Shown here piece by piece: positions 35,391 to 44,414 of a DNA stretch of 64,000 nt. Made by a program: the position numbers and the translations under genes. How positions within the stretch are numbered: the first letter of the stretch is position 1; each line of letters begins with the position of its first letter. The notes under the pieces were generated by a model. The model did no database searches. It had not been told where the DNA came from and saw only the letters and a program-made list of their open reading frames with translations. The stretch lies in NCBI GenBank assembly GCA_036381615.1, contig DASVCL010000078.1, forward strand, positions 5,860 through 69,859, given 5' to 3'. The DNA comes from Alphaproteobacteria bacterium (GTDB taxonomy: Bacteria > Pseudomonadota > Alphaproteobacteria > CACIAM-22H2).

Positions 35391-35777
35391 TCAAGCGATC
35401 ACCGCACCGCGCTCGGCCAGAAGTGCGCGAAGCACCGAACGGTGGCATCGCGATTCGTCTTCGCAGTAGCAGCCGATCGAGAAATGCGCATCGCGCGAGA
35501 GGGCCGCGAGAAGGTCGAGGGTTCGGCACGGTGTCGGCTGACTCATCTCGGCGCGGAACGCGCGCACGAACGCGATCCATTCTTTCTCGGTCGACGCCGC
35601 CTTGCCTCGCGCCATCAGTTCGGGACTGGGCGCCAGATCCGGATACCATACGTCGAACCAGTCATCGGCCGCATAGCGTTCCTTGCGAACGCCACGCGGT
35701 GGGCGCCGCACCGCGCCGATCCGGATTCCCTCTTGCGGGAGTCGGCGCGTGCCGAGGCGAACGATCCGCAGTGTCAT
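35391..35777 (-). CDS. DUF488 domain protein
   Basis: MTLRIVRLGTRR...WYPDLAPSPEL...CYCEDESRCHRSVL is typical of DUF488. Confidence 0.8.
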   Translation of the reverse strand: MTLRIVRLGTRRLPQEGIRIGAVRRPPRGVRKERYAADDWFDVWYPDLAPSPELMARGKAASTEKEWIAFVRAFRAEMSQPTPCRTLDLLAALSRDAHFSIGCYCEDESRCHRSVLRALLAERGAVIA

Positions 35778-35841
35778 GATTCAAGCTCCGCGCGAGTCAC
35801 GATGCCGCGTGATTGAACGACCGCCGGTCCGCGCCCCCCTT

Positions 35842-36504
35842 TCAGGCCGCGGGGGCGACCTGGGCGAATTGGTATCGCAGAAACCATCCCGGAAATGCGC
35901 GCGCGAGCGGCATTGGAGCCTTGATCACCAGGCCCATCCGCTGCGCCTGCGCGAAATTGACGTCGCCCCGCCACCACGCGACCACGGCGGACAGCGGGCC
36001 GCGAACGCATAGGGGTTCGGGAAAGCCTGGATTGTGCGTGCACAGCGAGGCCTCCGCCCTCTTGAGCAGCATGAAGCGCGTCCGGCTTCCCCGGATCTCG
36101 AACCGCACGACGATCGGGTCCTTGGGCAGCGCGTCGAAGTGAACCCGCCTTTGCATGTCGACGAGCAGGGCGTCCAGGTCGAGATCCTCGTCCTCGGCCC
36201 GTCTCGGCAACCAGCGCTGTCCCCAGGTGCCGAGCGCGCCGACCAGGGTGGCCAGCTCCCTACCCGCTTCGGTGAGAACGTATTCGGGGCCATGCTCCCC
36301 ATCGATGCGCTCGATGGCGCCGAAAACGGCCAACGCTTGCAATCGCTCCGAAAGCATCGTGCGGGATATGCGCGGTATGCCGCGGCGGATATCGTTGAAG
36401 CGTCGGCTCCCGCACAGGAGCTCGCGCACGACAAGAAGGGTCCATCGGCCGCCCAGCACCTCGAGGGCCCGCGCGACGGAACAGAACTGACCATAACCTG
36501 CCAT
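35842..36504 (-). CDS. HxlR-family winged-helix transcriptional regulator with a C-terminal extension
   Basis: CSVARALEVLGGRWTLLVVRELLCGSRRFNDIRRGIPRISRTMLSERL. Confidence 0.88.
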   Translation of the reverse strand: MAGYGQFCSVARALEVLGGRWTLLVVRELLCGSRRFNDIRRGIPRISRTMLSERLQALAVFGAIERIDGEHGPEYVLTEAGRELATLVGALGTWGQRWLPRRAEDEDLDLDALLVDMQRRVHFDALPKDPIVVRFEIRGSRTRFMLLKRAEASLCTHNPGFPEPLCVRGPLSAVVAWWRGDVNFAQAQRMGLVIKAPMPLARAFPGWFLRYQFAQVAPAA

Positions 36505-36538
36505 TGCGATACCCTAGCACGGCCCGATCGGTTCACGC

Positions 36539-36555
36539 GGTCCGGATTCCGGACC
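36539..36555. promoter_or_regulatory. 17-bp palindrome GGTCCGGA-T-TCCGGACC, candidate HxlR operator
   Basis: Read directly, 35 bp upstream of the hxlR ATG (minus strand). A one-base centre argues for a protein site rather than an RNA hairpin. Contains a GANTC. Confidence 0.4.
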
Positions 36556-36764
36556 TGATTCCTCTCACTGATGCCGCGTGGACCGCGACGGGCTTCTCGT
36601 TCTCGTCCCCCGGCTCGACCCGTTCGAGGTTGCCGTTGCCGCGCGCGTGGGCAAGCTCATGACGCATGACGGCGATCCGACCGGGCCGGTCGCCAGACCG
36701 ATCCCCGGCCGGAGTCAGCCTCGCCGTGGCCTCATAAAACGGTCCGAATATCCGGTCCCGCCCC

Positions 36765-38432
36765 TCACGCCGCGACCGGCACGCGCGCCTGGACCACGTG
36801 GAAGCGCGGCGTCACGAACGCCGCGTCGGTCAGCGATGCGTTCGCGGCCGGATTGCAGCCGCTCGCATGGAAGTCGCTGAACGCCGCCGACTGGTTGACG
36901 AACACGCCGCCGGTCAGGTTGAACGAGACCGACACGCCGGCCTCGATCGCGGCCTCCAGGGCCTTCTCGGTGACCCGCGGATCGGTCGTGTAGACCGATG
37001 CGGTGATCGCGCCCTTGCGTTTCGCCGTGCCCATGGCGCGCGCGATCGCGTCGTCCGTATCGGCGGCCGGGATGATGTAGGCGATCGGGCCGAACATCTC
37101 CTGCGTATAGACGTCCTCGCGCGCGGCCTCGACCCGGACCAGGATCGGCGTCTGCACCGTGGCGCCGGCGAACTGCGGATGATCGATCGCCCGCGACGGC
37201 AGCACGACCATGCCCTGCCGCGCGGCCCGGTCGATGCGTTCCAGCGTCGCCTTGTTCTGGATGGCACCGAGCAGTTCGACCGCACGCGCCGGGTCGGAGA
37301 GCAGTTTTTCGATGGCCCCGGCCAGCCCGCGCGCCACCTCGTCGAACGACACGTGGCCGGACTCGGTCTGGATCCCGTCCTTCGGCACGAAGATGTTCTG
37401 CGGCGTCGTGCACATCTGCCCCGAATAGAGCGACAGCGAAAATGCCAGGTTCTGCAGCATGCCCTTGGCGTTCGCCGTCGAATCGATCACCACCGCGTTC
37501 ACGCCCGCCTTCTCGGCGAAGAGCGTCGCCTGCCGCGCGTTCTTCTCGAGCCAGTCGGCGAAGGCCGGTCCGCCGGTATAATCGATCAGCGTGATCTCGG
37601 GCCGCGTCGCCAGCGTCTGCGTGATCGGCGCAGACGCATCGTCGGCCGCGAGCTGAATCACGTTCGGGTCGAAGCCCGCTTCCTTCAGCACCTGGCGCGC
37701 GATCCTGACCGAGAGCGCGAGCGGCAGGATCGCCATCGGATGCGGCTTCACGATGACCGGGTTGCCGGTCGCGAGATCGGCGAAAATGGCCGGATAGCCG
37801 TTCCAGGTCGGGAACGTCGACACGCCGATGACGAGACCGATGCCGCGCGGGATGACCGTATAAGTCTTGTCGAGGCGCAGCGGCTCGCCCTTGCCCTGCG
37901 GCTTCTCCCACCGTGCCCGCGCCGGCGTGCGCGTCATCTCCTGATAGGCCCACGCCACCGCCTCGAGCCCGCGATCCTGCGCGTGCGGCCCGGCGGCCTG
38001 GAACGCCATGACGAACCCTTGGCCCGTCGTGTGCATCACCGCATAGGCGATGTCGAACGAGCGCTTGTTGATGCGGTCGAGGATCTCGAGGCACACGCCC
38101 ACGCGCGCCTCGATGCCGGCCTTGCGCCACGACGGCATGCTCGCCTGGGCGGCTTCGATCAGCTTGTCGATGTTCGGTTTCGGATAGGTGATGCCGAGAT
38201 CGAAGCCATAGGGTGAACGCTCGGCGCCGACCCTCCCCTCGCCCGGCTGGTCGATCTCGAACGGCTTGTTCAGCATCGCCTCGAACGCCGCCTTCGCCTC
38301 GGCGCTTGCGGTCTCGCCATAGATCTTGCCGCTCGGCGATTCGGGATAGCAGGTCCAGTATCCGCGCGTGGCGATCGCCTCGAGCGCGCCGTCCAGGGTC
38401 TTCCGGTGCTTGTCGAAGAGAGGATGGGCCAT
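36765..38432 (-). CDS. paaN: Phenylacetic acid degradation aldehyde dehydrogenase PaaN (stand-alone ALDH type, no fused hydratase domain)
   Basis: 555 aa starting MAHPLFDKHRKTLDGALEAIATRGYWTCYPESPSGKIYGE, with an ALDH catalytic Cys region (YSGQMCTTPQNIFV). ATG verified at 38430-38432. The track ORF 36765..40844 continues as antisense of paaG/paaH. Confidence 0.85.
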   Translation of the reverse strand: MAHPLFDKHRKTLDGALEAIATRGYWTCYPESPSGKIYGETASAEAKAAFEAMLNKPFEIDQPGEGRVGAERSPYGFDLGITYPKPNIDKLIEAAQASMPSWRKAGIEARVGVCLEILDRINKRSFDIAYAVMHTTGQGFVMAFQAAGPHAQDRGLEAVAWAYQEMTRTPARARWEKPQGKGEPLRLDKTYTVIPRGIGLVIGVSTFPTWNGYPAIFADLATGNPVIVKPHPMAILPLALSVRIARQVLKEAGFDPNVIQLAADDASAPITQTLATRPEITLIDYTGGPAFADWLEKNARQATLFAEKAGVNAVVIDSTANAKGMLQNLAFSLSLYSGQMCTTPQNIFVPKDGIQTESGHVSFDEVARGLAGAIEKLLSDPARAVELLGAIQNKATLERIDRAARQGMVVLPSRAIDHPQFAGATVQTPILVRVEAAREDVYTQEMFGPIAYIIPAADTDDAIARAMGTAKRKGAITASVYTTDPRVTEKALEAAIEAGVSVSFNLTGGVFVNQSAAFSDFHASGCNPAANASLTDAAFVTPRFHVVQARVPVAA

Positions 38433-38465
38433 GTTTCGCTCCGCTGACGTGGTATTCCGGCGCTC

Positions 38466-38494
38466 TTGGTAACCCCGGACACAAGCATTATAGT
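38466..38494 (+). promoter_or_regulatory. Candidate sigma70-type promoter for paaG: TTGGTA-N17-TATAGT
   Basis: Hexamers and the 17-nt spacer read directly; the -10 lies about 40 nt upstream of the paaG ATG. Confidence 0.3.
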
Positions 38495-38538
38495 GCCGGC
38501 GCCATGATGCACCAGACCATATAATGCCGGCGCCATGA
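38489..38538 (+). repeat. Direct repeat of the paaG translation-initiation region (19 bp, 1 mismatch, 31-bp offset), creating a 6-codon upstream mini-ORF MMHQTI
   Basis: TATAGTGCCGGCGCCATGA (38489-38507) versus TATAATGCCGGCGCCATGA (38520-38538). The mini-ORF runs 38504-38524, with its stop 10 nt before the paaG ATG. Confidence 0.7.
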
Positions 38539-39311
38539 CCAGCCAAACCATCCTGTTCGAGATCGACAACGGCGTTGCGCGGATCACGCTCAACCGCCCC
38601 GACAAGCTCAACGCCTTCACGGCGGAGATGCACGCCGAGCTCGCCGACGCGCTGGCCAAAACGGAGTCGGGCGCACGCGCGGTGCTGATCACCGGTGCCG
38701 GGCGCGGCTTCTGTGCCGGCCAGGACCTGAGTCAGCGCAGGGGCGACGACATCCCCGATCTCGGCGACACGATCGAGCGGATGTACAACCCGCTCATCCG
38801 CCGGCTGCGCGGTATGGAAATACCTGTGATATGCGCCGTCAACGGCGTCGCCGCCGGCGCCGGCGCAAATCTTGCGCTCGCATGCGACATCGTGCTGGCG
38901 GCGCGTTCGGCAAGCTTCCTCCAGGCCTTCGTGAAGATCGGCCTCGTGCCGGACTCGGGCGGCACATGGTTCCTGCCGCGGCTCGTCGGCGACGCGCGCG
39001 CCCGCGCGCTCGCCATGCTGGGCGAGAAGATCACGGCCGAACAGGCCGAATCCTGGGGCCTGATCTGGCGCGTCGTCGATGACGAGAGGCTGATGGAGGA
39101 GGCGGGTGCGCTCGCGCGACATCTCGCACAGCAGCCGACCAAGGCGCTCGGCTTCATCAAGCGCGCGCTCAACGCGGCGGCAACGAACAGTCTCGACGCA
39201 CAACTCGACCTCGAGCGCGACCTGCAGCGCGCCGCCGGGCGCACGGCCGACTACCGCGAGGGCGTCGCCGCGTTCCTTGAAAAACGCGCCCCGAAGTTCA
39301 CCGGACGGTAA
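38535..39311 (+). CDS. paaG: 2-(1,2-epoxy-1,2-dihydrophenyl)acetyl-CoA isomerase PaaG (crotonase family)
   Basis: ILFEIDNGVARITLNRPDKLNAF...ITGAGRGFCAGQDL; paa gene context. Confidence 0.88.
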   Translation: MTSQTILFEIDNGVARITLNRPDKLNAFTAEMHAELADALAKTESGARAVLITGAGRGFCAGQDLSQRRGDDIPDLGDTIERMYNPLIRRLRGMEIPVICAVNGVAAGAGANLALACDIVLAARSASFLQAFVKIGLVPDSGGTWFLPRLVGDARARALAMLGEKITAEQAESWGLIWRVVDDERLMEEAGALARHLAQQPTKALGFIKRALNAAATNSLDAQLDLERDLQRAAGRTADYREGVAAFLEKRAPKFTGR

Positions 39312-39314
39312 GCG

Positions 39315-40832
39315 ATGCCTGCCCTCTCGACGGACAAGACGATCGCCGTCGTCGGCGCCGGCGCAATGGGCGGCGGCATCGCCCAGGTTGCCGCGACCGC
39401 CGGCCACCCCGTCCTGCTTTACGACGCCAAGCCCGGCGCCGCGGACAAGGCGATCGCCACCATCGCGAAGTTTCTCGAGGGCAGCGTCGCCAAGGGAAGA
39501 ATCACGCCGGACCGGCGTGACGCTATCCTCGGGCGCCTCAAGTCCTGCACGGACATGAAGGATCTCGCGCCCGCCGCGCTCGTCGTCGAGGCGGTGGTCG
39601 AGGACATCGAGGTCAAGCGCAAGGTTTTCGCCGATCTCGCCGCGGTCGTGTCGGCCGACGCCATTCTCGCGACCAACACGTCGGCGTTGTCGATTGCCGC
39701 GATCGCCCGCGGGCTCGATCATCCGGCACGCGTCGTCGGCATGCACTTCTTCAACCCGGCGCCGCTCATGCCGCTGGTCGAAGTGGTGAGCGCGATCACG
39801 ACCTCGCCGGAGGTCGCGGCGACCGTGTTCGACACCGCGGCGTCGTGGGGCAAGACGCCAGTCCATGCGAAATCGACGCCGGGTTTCATCGTCAACCGTT
39901 GCGCGCGGCCGTTCTACGCCGAAGCCTGGCGCCTTCTGGGCGAGCAGGCGACCGACCCCGCGACGCTCGACGCGCTGATGCGCGAGTGCGGCGGCTTCCG
40001 CATGGGGCCGTGCGAGCTCATGGACCTGATCGGGCACGACGTGAACTTCGCCGTGACCAAGGCCGTCTTCGACGCCTATTTCGGCGATCCGCGCTATCGC
40101 CCCTCGATCCTGCAGCAGGAGATGGTCGAGGCCGGCCGCCTCGGCCGCAAGACCGGCCGCGGCTTCTTCGATTATGCCCCGGGTGCCGACGCGCCGGCGG
40201 CGCGCACGGCGGCACAGGCCCCCCACCCGCCGCGCGTGGTGATCGAGGGCGACCTCGGTATCGCGGCACCCCTCGTCGAGCGCCTTGCCACGACCCGGAT
40301 CCCGTTCACGCGCGCCGATGCCGGTCCTGAGGGTCCGGCCATCGTGCTCGATGCGGCGGTCCTGCGGCTGACCGACGGGCGGCCGGCGACGCTGCGTGCG
40401 CGCGATACCGAGCGCAACCTCGTCCTGTTCGATCTTGCCCTCGACTACGCCAAGGCGACGCGGATCGCCCTCGCCGCCGCCGCGCAGGCGGATCCCACCG
40501 CGCCACCTGCGGCGGCCGGCTTCTTCCAGGCCCTCGGCATCCAGGTCTCGCCGGTCGAGGATACGCCGGGCCTCGTCGTCATGCGCACTGTCGCCATGCT
40601 GGTAAACGAGGCGATGGACGCGGTTCAGTCCGGCGTCGCAGCGCCGCATGCGGTCGATCTCGCCATGATGCGCGGCGTCAACTACCCGCGCGGACCGATC
40701 GGCTGGGCAGAGGATATCGGCCTCGGCTATATATGCCGGGTGATCGAGAACCTGCAGCGCGCCTACGGCGAGGATCGCTACCGCGTTTCGCCCCGGCTGC
40801 GGCTCGAAGCCGTGAAGGAGGACACGCGTTGA
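39315..40832 (+). CDS. paaH: 3-hydroxyadipyl-CoA dehydrogenase PaaH
   Basis: 505 aa with [32 protein letters not shown] and a duplicated C-terminal 3HCDH domain. Confidence 0.88.
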   Translation: MPALSTDKTIAVVGAGAMGGGIAQVAATAGHPVLLYDAKPGAADKAIATIAKFLEGSVAKGRITPDRRDAILGRLKSCTDMKDLAPAALVVEAVVEDIEVKRKVFADLAAVVSADAILATNTSALSIAAIARGLDHPARVVGMHFFNPAPLMPLVEVVSAITTSPEVAATVFDTAASWGKTPVHAKSTPGFIVNRCARPFYAEAWRLLGEQATDPATLDALMRECGGFRMGPCELMDLIGHDVNFAVTKAVFDAYFGDPRYRPSILQQEMVEAGRLGRKTGRGFFDYAPGADAPAARTAAQAPHPPRVVIEGDLGIAAPLVERLATTRIPFTRADAGPEGPAIVLDAAVLRLTDGRPATLRARDTERNLVLFDLALDYAKATRIALAAAAQADPTAPPAAAGFFQALGIQVSPVEDTPGLVVMRTVAMLVNEAMDAVQSGVAAPHAVDLAMMRGVNYPRGPIGWAEDIGLGYICRVIENLQRAYGEDRYRVSPRLRLEAVKEDTR

Positions 40833-41274
40833 GTGATACCGCACAGCGCATCGCCGCGGCCGTCGGCGAAAATATGTATCCGCGCGACCATGCGGCGCGC
40901 GCGCTCGGCATCAAACTGCTCGAGATCCGCCCCGGCTTCGCGCGGATGAGCATGGAGGTACGGCCCGACATGCTCAACGGCCACGATATCTGCCACGGCG
41001 GCTTGATTTTCACGCTCGCCGACACGGCGTTTGCGTATGCCTGCAATTCCGGCAATCGCGTCACGGTCGCGCAGCACTGCGCCGTGACGTTTCTGGCGCC
41101 GGCGCGGCGCGGCGACGTCTTGACCGCGACGGCCAAGGAACGCCATCGCGCCGGGCGAACCGGCTTCACCGATATCGACGTCACGGACCAGACCGGGAGA
41201 TTGATCGCCGTCTTCCGCGGCCACTCCTATCAGCTCAACGGCGAAGTTGTGCCTAACATCGGGACTATCGAGTC

Positions 41275-41278
<4 letters not shown>
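40829..41278 (+). CDS. paaI: Hydroxyphenylacetyl-CoA thioesterase PaaI (hot-dog fold)
   Basis: [24 protein letters not shown] motif. Start uncertain: a TTG at 40829 overlaps the paaH stop; the alternative ATG is at 40874. The track start 40733 would overlap paaH by 100 nt. Confidence 0.8.
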
Positions 41279-42477
<1,199 letters not shown>

Positions 42478-42841
42478 CCGAGTCGATCGACCACGAAGAC
42501 ACGAAGAGGCAGGCAACCGAATGCCGCTCTCCTTGCCGAAGAAGATGGAGGACGTCGCCTCGTCCATTGTCGAGGCGCGCGAACTGACGCAGGTCGGAGG
42601 CTCGATGTCTTTGTAAACAATTCTGTTCTCCGGAGTTCGAGGCTGTTGAGTCGATGAATCCGGTCTTTACGGCCCAAGTGCCGGCCTGTTTGGAGTGGGC
42701 CGGTTTCAGTCCCGGGCTTCTTAATCAACTTCAATGTACCGCATATAAGGGTGGCATACGGCGCGTCGAACCGTGATCGGCTGGATCGGTCTTCGCGTCT
42801 GGGTGGTTGATTGGCATGAACGGTCAGGGAGGGATGGAACG

Positions 42842-44281
42842 ATGGCGGCAAAGAAGAAGGCCAAGGGAAGAAAGCCCGCATCGAGGGCGCTGCGCGCGGG
42901 CAGCCCGACGGCGCGGCGTGCGGCCTTCAAGCTGATCGCGCGGGAGCCGAAGACGGCTGCCGGCAAGGTGCTGCGCGTCGGGTGCGAGCGCCGGCTCCTC
43001 GACCCGATCGAGATCGCGAGCCGCGACGAAATCGCCGCGCTGCAGACGAAGCGCCTCAAATGGACGCTGCAGCACGTCTACCGGAACGTGCCGTACTATC
43101 GGAAGAAGTTCGACGAAGCCGGCGTCCACCCCGACGACTTCCGGCGGCTCGAGGATCTCGCCAAGTTTCCGTTCACGTCCAAGGACGACCTGCGCGCCAC
43201 ATATCCCTTCGGCATGTTCGCCGTGCCGCGCGAGAAGATCGTGCGCATCCACGCCTCGTCCGGCACGACCGGCAAGCCCACCGTCGTCGGCTACACGGCG
43301 AAGGACATCGAGACCTGGGCCGAGGTCGTGGCGCGCTCGATCCGCGCGGCGGGCGGACGGCCGGGCGACATCGTCCACGTCGCCTACGGCTACGGCCTGT
43401 TTACCGGCGGTCTCGGCGCGCATTACGGGGCGGAGCGGCTGGGCTGCACGGTCATCCCCATGTCCGGTGGTCAGACCGAAAAGCAGGTGCAGCTCATCCA
43501 GGACTTCAAGCCGCAGATCATCATGGTGACGCCCAGCTACATGCTGGCGATCGCCGACGAGTTCGAGCGCCAGGGCTACGACCCGCGCAAATCGTCCCTT
43601 CTCATCGGCATCCATGGCGCCGAGCCATGGACGGACTCGATGCGCAAGGAGATCGAGGAACGCTTCGCCATCGACGCCGTCGACATCTACGGCCTGTCCG
43701 AGGTGATTGGCCCCGGCGTCGCCAACGAGTGCATCGAGAGCAAGGACGGCCCGACGATCTGGGAGGATCACTTCTATCCCGAGATCGTCGATCCCGTGAC
43801 CGGAAAACCGGTTCCCGACGGACAGGTCGGCGAGCTCGTCTTCACGTCGCTAACCAAGGAGGCGCTGCCGATCATCCGTTATCGCACGCGCGATCTGACC
43901 GCGCTCCTGCCCGGCACGGCACGCTCGATGCGGCGCATGGCGCGGATCACCGGCCGCACCGATGACATGCTGATCATCCGCGGCGTCAACGTCTTCCCGA
44001 CGCAGATCGAGGAGCTGATCCTCAAGGATGCCCGCCTGTCGCCGCATTACGTCGTCGAGGTCAAGCGCGAGAACCGGCTCGACGAGATCGAGGTCGTCGT
44101 CGAATGCAAGCCGGAGTATGCGGGCAACGCCGAGATCGAGGCCGACTGCACCGGCCGGCTCGCCCAGCTCATCAAGTCGTATATCGGCATCACGGCGCGC
44201 GTGCGCGCGGTGCCGGTCGGCGGCATCACCCGCTCGATGGGCAAGGCGAAGCGCGTCATCGACCTGCGCCCGAAGGATTGA
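42842..44281 (+). CDS. paaK: Phenylacetate-CoA ligase PaaK with a ~50-aa Lys/Arg-rich N-terminal extension
   Basis: The core begins at LLDPIEIASRDEIAALQTKRLKWTLQHVYRNVPYYRKKFDEAGVHPDD, and SSGTTGKPTVV is present. The ATG at 42842 follows GGGAGGGATGGAACG. The extension has coding-like GC3. An alternative internal GTG at 42968 lacks an SD. Confidence 0.85.
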   Translation: MAAKKKAKGRKPASRALRAGSPTARRAAFKLIAREPKTAAGKVLRVGCERRLLDPIEIASRDEIAALQTKRLKWTLQHVYRNVPYYRKKFDEAGVHPDDFRRLEDLAKFPFTSKDDLRATYPFGMFAVPREKIVRIHASSGTTGKPTVVGYTAKDIETWAEVVARSIRAAGGRPGDIVHVAYGYGLFTGGLGAHYGAERLGCTVIPMSGGQTEKQVQLIQDFKPQIIMVTPSYMLAIADEFERQGYDPRKSSLLIGIHGAEPWTDSMRKEIEERFAIDAVDIYGLSEVIGPGVANECIESKDGPTIWEDHFYPEIVDPVTGKPVPDGQVGELVFTSLTKEALPIIRYRTRDLTALLPGTARSMRRMARITGRTDDMLIIRGVNVFPTQIEELILKDARLSPHYVVEVKRENRLDEIEVVVECKPEYAGNAEIEADCTGRLAQLIKSYIGITARVRAVPVGGITRSMGKAKRVIDLRPKD

Positions 44282-44351
44282 GGCCGGCCGGGCGCGGCCT
44301 GGGGGTCGGCTGCCCGGCCGCGCCGACTGCCCGCTTGCCTGCGGCGGCCAA

Positions 44352-44373
44352 ATTGGTTTCAATTGAAACCAAT
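44352..44373. promoter_or_regulatory. Perfect 22-bp AT-rich palindrome ATTGGTTTCAATTGAAACCAAT
   Basis: Verified base by base. Lies in the 133-bp paaK/monooxygenase spacer, about 40 bp upstream of the monooxygenase start. Confidence 0.5.
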
Positions 44374-44414
44374 AGGCCCTTGGGGCCAGGAGTGACGCGA
44401 ACGGGAGGCCGCTG

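Noticed and set aside
36578-36880. Plus-strand 100-aa ORF in and beyond the paaN-hxlR spacer.
   Set aside because: It overlaps the paaN 3' end, its Pro/Arg-rich translation has no family resemblance, and it has no SD.
40733-40828. The track start for paaI at the ATG at 40733.
   Set aside because: It would overlap paaH by 100 nt in another frame and add a non-conserved Arg-rich N-terminus. A TTG at 40829, overlapping the paaH stop, gives a normal ~149-aa PaaI.
36765-40844. A 1359-aa minus-strand ORF that could be mistaken for a giant multidomain protein.
   Set aside because: Only the C-terminal 555 aa (36765-38432, PaaN) is real. The upstream part is antisense to paaG and paaH, which have clear crotonase and 3HCDH motifs on the plus strand.
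42600-42760. Search for a PaaX-type operator (TGATTC-N27-GAATCA) or a PaaR-type TetR operator in the paa spacers.
   Set aside because: Only an isolated GAATC half-site-like sequence is present, and no paaX or paaR gene lies in the window. I made no operator call.
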